Shown here piece by piece: positions 58,546-64,000 of a stretch of 64,000 nt of DNA. The notes under the pieces are model-generated. The model made no database searches, had not been told where the DNA came from, and was given only the letters and a program-made list of their open reading frames with translations. The stretch covers positions 160,001-224,000 of the forward strand of contig CAWJIM010000023.1 of assembly GCA_963842945.1 (NCBI GenBank), read 5' to 3'. The position numbers and the translations under genes were made by a program. The DNA comes from an uncultured Gemmatimonadales bacterium (lineage in GTDB: Bacteria; Gemmatimonadota; Gemmatimonadetes; Gemmatimonadales; GWC2-71-9). Every line of letters starts with the position of its first letter. The first letter of the stretch is position 1.

Positions 58546-59758
58546 TCAGGCTGCACGGGCGGAGGCCAGGCGTCGGATCAGCCGGAGGGTACGGTCCAGC
58601 CCCTTCTCCAGCTCGGCATCGGAAACCGCGTAGCTCAGCCGGACCCAGCGATCATCGGCGAAGGCTGCCCCTGGCACCAGGGCGACACCCTCCTGCTTCA
58701 TCAGCTGCTCGCAGAACCCCTGGCCGGTCACCGGGTCCCGCTCCCGAATGCCGTCCACCCGGAAGAAGAAGTAGAAGGCGCCATGGGGCTCAACGAATTC
58801 GATGCCCGGCACTTCGTCGCGGAATCGGTCCACCAGGTAATCGCGGCGGCGGCGGAATGCAGCAACCATCCGTGACACCTCGGCGTCTACCCGCTCATCA
58901 GTGAATGCTGCGGCGGCGGCCCACTGGGCCGGATGGTTGGCGCCCGTGGTGGTGTGCGACTGAAGCGCGGCCATGGCCTTGGTGACGTGGGGCGGGGCCA
59001 GCGCGGCGCCGATGCGCCATCCGGTCATCGCGTAGGCCTTACTCGCTCCGTAGATGATCACCGTGCGCTCGAGCAACTCGTCGGGCAAATCCAGGAGTGA
59101 TGGCGCAGGGCCCGGACCGTAATTGATCCGGCGGTAGATCTCGTCTGAGATGATCCAGATGTCGTTCTTCTTGGCCCATTCGGCGATGGCCTTGAGCTCG
59201 GCCTGGGTGTAGACCGATCCGGTCGGGTTGCAGGGCGAGCAGAGGATAAGTCCCCGGGTGAGCTTGTGGCTCATCCGGTCCAAGTCCCTGACACTCACCT
59301 TCAGTCCCCACTCGGGGTCGCCCGGCACCAGCACCGGCTCGGCGCGGGTGAGATGCACGATCTGCGGATACGAGACCCATGCGGGCGAAGGGATGAGTAC
59401 CCGGTCCTTGGGCCCGAAAAGGGTAAAGCATGCGTTGAAGATGGACTGCTTGGAGCCGGAGCTGACTACGATCTGTTCGGGGTCGACCGGCCGGCCCCCC
59501 GACATCAGGGACAGCTGCCGGGCAATCCCCCGTCCGAAGCTCCGCGATCCCGACGTTCGGTGGATAGCGGGTGAGTCCTTTCTGGATGGCCTGAATGCCG
59601 GCCTGGGCGGCTGGAGCCGGTGTGTCGAAATCCGGCTCCCCCACGCCGAGATCCAGCACGTCCTCGCCCGCCGCCTTGCGGCGTTTGGCCTCGTTGCTGA
59701 TGGCGACCGTCTCCGACGCCTTGAGATGCTGTACGTTGATCGACAATGGATCGGGCAT
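58546..59758 (-). CDS. PLP-dependent class I/II aminotransferase (aspartate aminotransferase-like; frameshifted)
   Basis: GEPDFDTP, SPCNPTG, SDEIY, SKAYAMTGWRIG, GAFY, VRLSYA. Confidence 0.94.
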
Positions 59759-59889
59759 CCAGCGGGTCCACGATGGGGGTGATGTGCGGAAGAGACCGGG
59801 GAAAACTTTGGCCCACGGGCTGGCGATGTCAACCGCCGCGCACTTAGCTTGGTGCTCTAGCGACGTCCTGCACTCCCGCCGGAGAACCT

Positions 59890-61339
59890 GTGCCCTCCTT
59901 CGAAGAACTCCATATCCACCCATCCATCGCCCGAGTCCTGGACCAGCGAGGGTGGACGCCGGACGCGGCCGTGGCGCGAGACGTGGCTCCGACAGCGGCT
60001 CGGGGCCACAATCTGGTAGCGGTGACTCCTCCCATTCCGGCCTATGCGGCCCCGGCAGTCGCTGGCGTGCTCAGCCGAGTGGAGCGGGGGAAGCCGGCAC
60101 TGATCCTGGTGCCATCGGTACAGCTGGAAGAGTGGGGAGCGCTGATAGCAGACCTGGCCCGGGATGCATCGCTATCGATTCAGGTTGGCCGGGGTCCCAG
60201 TCGAGCCATGCGACGACTGCGGGGAGAATCGCTGGACGTCCTGGTGACCACCCTGGAGACCGCGCTGCAGCTGGTTGCCCGTTCCGCGCTCAGGATGGAA
60301 ACGGTGGGTGCGCTCGTTCTGGCCTGGCCCGAATTGCTGCCCGATGACGACAGCGTCATGCAGCTGATGCAGGATCTGCCCCGGGAGGCGCAACGGGTCG
60401 TCTACACGGCGGAGCCCGCCCGGGTTAACGCATGGGTGGATCGCTACGCACGAAAGGCACTCACGGTTGGCGTCGACCCGGTGGAAAGAAGTCCGCTCGG
60501 CCCGGTCCGCACGGTGGCTACCCCTTGGAACAGGCGAGTTCAGGCCCTGGCTGATGTGATCGAGGTGGTCGATCCAACTTCGTTGGTGGTCTGGACTGCC
60601 GACCGGGGATACCATGAACCAATCCGTCGTTGGGTCGCCGGCAGCCAGTCAGACCTTGAGCTGGCCGTGGGCGATGCGCCGGCGGCCAACACGATTATCG
60701 CCTTTGATCTGCCGGCTCGGGATCGACTCGAACAGCTGCTCGGTGCCGGCGAGGTGATCCTGCTGGTTCCCACCGGTACAGAGAGTTACGTAGCTCGCAT
60801 CGCGGCTCCTCGACGCCCGCTGCAGCTGCCGGGGCCGCTCGACGCGGCGCGGTCGGCCGAATCGCTGCAGCGACAGGAGATCCAGAGCATGATCGAGACC
60901 GGACAGGGATCCCGGGCTCTTCTCACGCTGGCTCCCCTGTTCGAGCGGTACGATGCTCCCAGCGTGGCGGCGGCTCTCTTCGAGCTCTGGCGCGGCACGG
61001 CCAAGGCAGCACCGGCACCGGAACCCCGCGACCTCGGAGACGGCCAAAGTGTATGTCGGAGCGGGCAAGAAGGATGGAGTTACGGCCAACGACCTGGTGG
61101 CGGTGCTCACCAAGGAGTTGCGCTTCGACCGGACTCAGATCGGGAGAATCGAGCTCCGCGACGGGTATTCATTGATCGAGCTCCCGGCCCAGGAAGCGGA
61201 ACGGCTGGCCGGCCAGCTGAATGGCGCCACGATTCGGCGAAAGCGGGTATCCGCCCGAGTGGATCGAGGGCCCACTCGCCCCCGGCCGGAAGAGAGTGGC
61301 GGCCGAAGCAGGCCGGCCCGCAGAACCAACTCGCGTTAA
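59890..61339 (+). CDS. DeaD/CsdA-like protein with degenerate helicase motifs and DbpA-type RNA-binding domain (one frameshift near 61030)
   Basis: N-terminal SFEELHIHPSIARVL; colinear RecA-like strands; C-terminal VYVGAGKKDGVTANDLV..IGRIELRDGYSLIEL. Confidence 0.8.
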
Positions 61340-61626
61340 CGCTTCCGGTTCACCAGGTCTCGCAAGGAGCGACTGGCCCGGAACGTCGGCACCATTCCGG
61401 CTTTGATGTCACTCGCCTTGCCAGTACGGGGGTCTCGCCATTCCCGGGCAGCCCGCTTCCTGGTCTCGAAGGTGCCAAACCCGGAGATCGCAATCTTTCC
61501 CCCCCGCTTGAGTTCCGACGCAAGAATGCCGCTGGGCGAGAAAAAGAGCTCGGCGATCTCGGCCGCCTTGGCCTTGCTGAGGCCCAGCTGCTTGGCAACC
61601 GCGGCAACGAGGTCCTGCTTGTTCAC
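61336..61626 (-). CDS. hup: HU family DNA-binding protein
   Basis: MNKQDLV, ISGFGTFETRKRAAREWRDPRTG, PTFRASRSLRD. Confidence 0.93.
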   Translation of the reverse strand: MNKQDLVAAVAKQLGLSKAKAAEIAELFFSPSGILASELKRGGKIAISGFGTFETRKRAAREWRDPRTGKASDIKAGMVPTFRASRSLRDLVNRKR

Positions 61627-61766
61627 GGAGAGTTCCTTAGTCTAGATCTTTGAGGTACCCTGATAGTAAGCCGCTCTCGGGAATTGGCCACACGGTGAGC
61701 GGCCGTGGTGGCTCTCTGCAGATTCTGGGACGTAGAATGTTCGAGTGACAAATCGAGAGGATGAGC

Positions 61767-62372
61767 TTACAACAACGCCGTTTGATCTTCGTCCCGGCGA
61801 GGCACCTTATGACAGTGGCGGCAGCGCGCCTGGTAGCTCTCCCGGCCTCCGATCATAATGGTCGGTGAGTCGTACCGGGCCGGCTTGCCATCGATCAGCC
61901 GCTGGTTGCGACAGGCGGGGTCACCGCAGAGCACGCAAATAGCCTGAAGCTTGTCCACCATTTCGGCCACCGCCATGAGATCTCCCATCGAGCCGAATGG
62001 CTGTCCCCGGAAGTCAGTGTCGGTACCGGCAAGGATCACCCGCACACCGCGGCCGGCAAGCTCGGTGGCCACGGGCACGATCTGCGGATCCAGGAACTGC
62101 GCCTCATCGATGGCGATGATCTGGGTGTCCGGGCGCACCAGCCGGAATATTTCGCCCGCCGAGTCCACCGGGCTTGCCTCCAGCTCAGTGCCGTCGTGAC
62201 TGGAGACGCTGTATAGCCCGGTGTAACGGCTGTCCAGATGGGACTTGAAGACTTGGACCTTGCGGCGGGCAATGGTGGCCCGGCGGACCCGGCGAATGAG
62301 CTCCTCGCTCTTGCCGCTGAACATGACGCCGCTGATGACCTCGACCCACCCCGGATGTGCCCCGTAGTTCAT
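61767..62372 (-). CDS. tdk: Thymidine kinase
   Basis: [38 protein letters not shown]. Confidence 0.97.
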   Translation of the reverse strand: MNYGAHPGWVEVISGVMFSGKSEELIRRVRRATIARRKVQVFKSHLDSRYTGLYSVSSHDGTELEASPVDSAGEIFRLVRPDTQIIAIDEAQFLDPQIVPVATELAGRGVRVILAGTDTDFRGQPFGSMGDLMAVAEMVDKLQAICVLCGDPACRNQRLIDGKPARYDSPTIMIGGRESYQARCRHCHKVPRRDEDQTALL

Positions 62373-62423
62373 TCCCCGTCCTGGCCGTTGTTATGATGGT
62401 TGCCGAGAAGAGGGACAAAATGC

Positions 62424-62499
62424 AGGGTCGAGGGTCAAGGGTCTAGAGCCTCTATTCGCGACCCTCGACGCTAGACTCTCGACCCTAGACTTTAGACCT
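62424..62499. repeat. Inverted heptamer arrays (GGGTCRA / TMGACYC)
   Basis: gggtcga gggtcaa gggtcta ... accctcg acgctag actctcg accctag actttag acc. Confidence 0.8.
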
Positions 62500-62505
62500 T
62501 CCACC

Positions 62506-63109
62506 ATGCTCTCCGTAGCCCTGACCGGGAACATCGGCGCAGGCAAGTCGACCATCGCGGAGCTGTTCCGCCGCTGGGGCGCCACCATCATAGACTCCGA
62601 CCAGCTCGTCCGTGAGGCCCAGATGCCCGGGCGCCCGGCGCTTGCAGCGGGTCGCCGACCGGTTCGGCCGGCAGATGATCCGTCCCGACGGGACCCTGGA
62701 CCGCGCCAAGCTCCGGGCCGTGGTTCTGGCGGATCCGCAGGCTCTGGAAGCGCTCAACAGCCATCATGCATCCCGAGGTGCACCGGCGCAGGCGGGAGCT
62801 TCTGGCGGAAGCGCGGGCCCGAGGAGATCGGGTCGTCGTCAGCGACATTCCCCTCCTGTTCGAGGCGGCCGATCCATCGGAGTTCGATGCGGTGGTGCTG
62901 GTCGACGCGCCGGAGTCGATTCGCCGGGAACGCTTGCTGACAGTCGCGCTCGTTGCCGGCAGCACGAGCTCGACCGGCTGATTTCCGCCCAGCTCCCGTC
63001 GGCCTCGAAGCGGCGCCGCAGCGATTACGTGATCGAAAACGAGGGGGACCATCAGGCGCTGGAACGGTCGGCGGGATCGGTATGGAAGGCCTTGCTCGCG
63101 CGCGCTTGA
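62506..63109 (+). CDS. coaE: Dephospho-CoA kinase (frameshifted)
   Basis: ALTGNIGAGKST, DGTLDRAKL, HPEV, DIPLLFE, SDYVIEN. Confidence 0.95.
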
Positions 63110-63134
63110 CCTCGTCCCTCGGCCCACCTATCCT
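63106..63134 (+). promoter_or_regulatory. Sigma70-type promoter upstream of gcvH
   Basis: TTGACC-N17-TATCCT. Confidence 0.6.
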
Positions 63135-63158
63135 CCGTCGCGCCACCACATTGGAGAG

Positions 63159-63554
63159 ATGCACGTGTCGAACGTGCCGGACGACCTGGGATACACCGCT
63201 GAGCACGAGTACATCGCGCGCACCGACGATCCCGCCGTGATCAAGATCGGCATTACCGACTATGCCCAAGGTGAGCTGGGCGATGTGGTGTTCGTTCGCC
63301 TGCCCAAATCCGGCGAGCGGTTGGATGCCCACCAGGCCTTCGGTGAAATCGAGGCCGTCAAAGCCGTCTCCGAGCTCTACAGCCCGGTAGCGGGGGAAGT
63401 GGTCGAGATCAACGAGGCGCTGGACGGTGATTCAGGAGTGGTGAACCGGGATCCGTATGGTGACGGATGGATGATCAAGCTTCGGGTCGGCAATCCCGGC
63501 GATCTCAAGAACCTTCTGACCGCCAAGGCCTATCGGTCTCATATCGGTGAGTGA
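63159..63554 (+). CDS. gcvH: Glycine cleavage system H protein
   Basis: GITDYAQGELGDVVFV, lipoyl-Lys motif EAVKAVSELYSP, NRDPYGDGW. Confidence 0.97.
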   Translation: MHVSNVPDDLGYTAEHEYIARTDDPAVIKIGITDYAQGELGDVVFVRLPKSGERLDAHQAFGEIEAVKAVSELYSPVAGEVVEINEALDGDSGVVNRDPYGDGWMIKLRVGNPGDLKNLLTAKAYRSHIGE

Positions 63555-63615
63555 CGGTAGGGTCGATGCTACCAGAAACGGTTACGTCCCGGACACGGAC
63601 GATTCATGACACATG

Positions 63616-63648
63616 ATGCCTCGAGAGCGTGGTTCTCGAGGCATTTTG
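63616..63648 (+). terminator. Hairpin plus U-tract between gcvH and gcvP
   Basis: ATGCCTCGAGA-gcgtggt-TCTCGAGGCAT-ttt. Confidence 0.7.
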
Positions 63649-63669
63649 CTATGTCGTTGAGGAGCAAGG

Positions 63670-64000
63670 ATGGCCTACAGACTTTCTCAGGATGAGATCA
63701 AGGTGACCAGCATCCTTGGTCGGAAGCTGAGTACTCCCACGCTGGACGTGCTGCACCCCTCTCACTTCGCTTATCGGCACATCGGACCGCGCCGCGCCGA
63801 TGTCGAAGAGATGCTGGACCTGCTCGGCTATTCCTCGCTGGAAAGCTTCATTGATGCAGTCGTTCCGGAGGAGATCCGGCTCCGCCGGCCGCTCGCTCTG
63901 CCTCCCGGACGGAGCGAGCGCGAGGTGCTTCAGGCCCTGCGTGGTCTGGCCGGGATGAACCGGGTGTTTCGATCCTTCATCGGCATGGGATACGCCGGCT
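63670..64000 (+). CDS. gcvP: Glycine dehydrogenase (P protein), 3' truncated by window
   Basis: Manual translation: FAYRHIGP..EMLDLLGYSSLESFIDAVVPEEIR..SEREVL..NRVFRSFIGMGY; GAGGAG RBS. Confidence 0.95.
   Translation, partial: MAYRLSQDEIKVTSILGRKLSTPTLDVLHPSHFAYRHIGPRRADVEEMLDLLGYSSLESFIDAVVPEEIRLRRPLALPPGRSEREVLQALRGLAGMNRVFRSFIGMGYAG

Noticed and set aside
63555..63669. Glycine riboswitch upstream of gcvP
   Set aside because: No recognisable aptamer core in the expected arrangement; the CTCAGG-like string lies inside the gcvP ORF.

Overview
This is a high-GC bacterial chromosome segment. Gene content and the tandem heptamer intergenic repeats suggest Gemmatimonadota, but that is an inference. 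Many conserved genes are split by single-base frameshifts, which looks like uncorrected long-read error, so many coordinates span merged ORF fragments. 1-16.7 kb: ligA, a V4R protein, a Ser/Thr kinase, an acyl-CoA ligase, an M23 peptidase, a PTPS-II/folE/SDR trio that looks like a complete tetrahydrobiopterin pathway, and an unannotated 6S-like RNA with its own promoter and terminator. 17-48 kb: a Wzx/Wzy-type polysaccharide locus with four sulfotransferases, two methyltransferases, a sulfate porin and ABC importer, an Rrf2 regulator, and cysN-cysQ-cysC-cysD, but no reductive cys genes. This is the best candidate for an undescribed system: a self-provisioned sulfated exopolysaccharide factory. 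48.6-64 kb: a herA-sbcD-sbcC-GNAT operon with no nurA, LuxR plus an ABC exporter, an aminotransferase, a DeaD-like protein with every helicase motif degenerate, HU, tdk, coaE, gcvH and the start of gcvP. No tRNA, rRNA, CRISPR array or transposase was seen.
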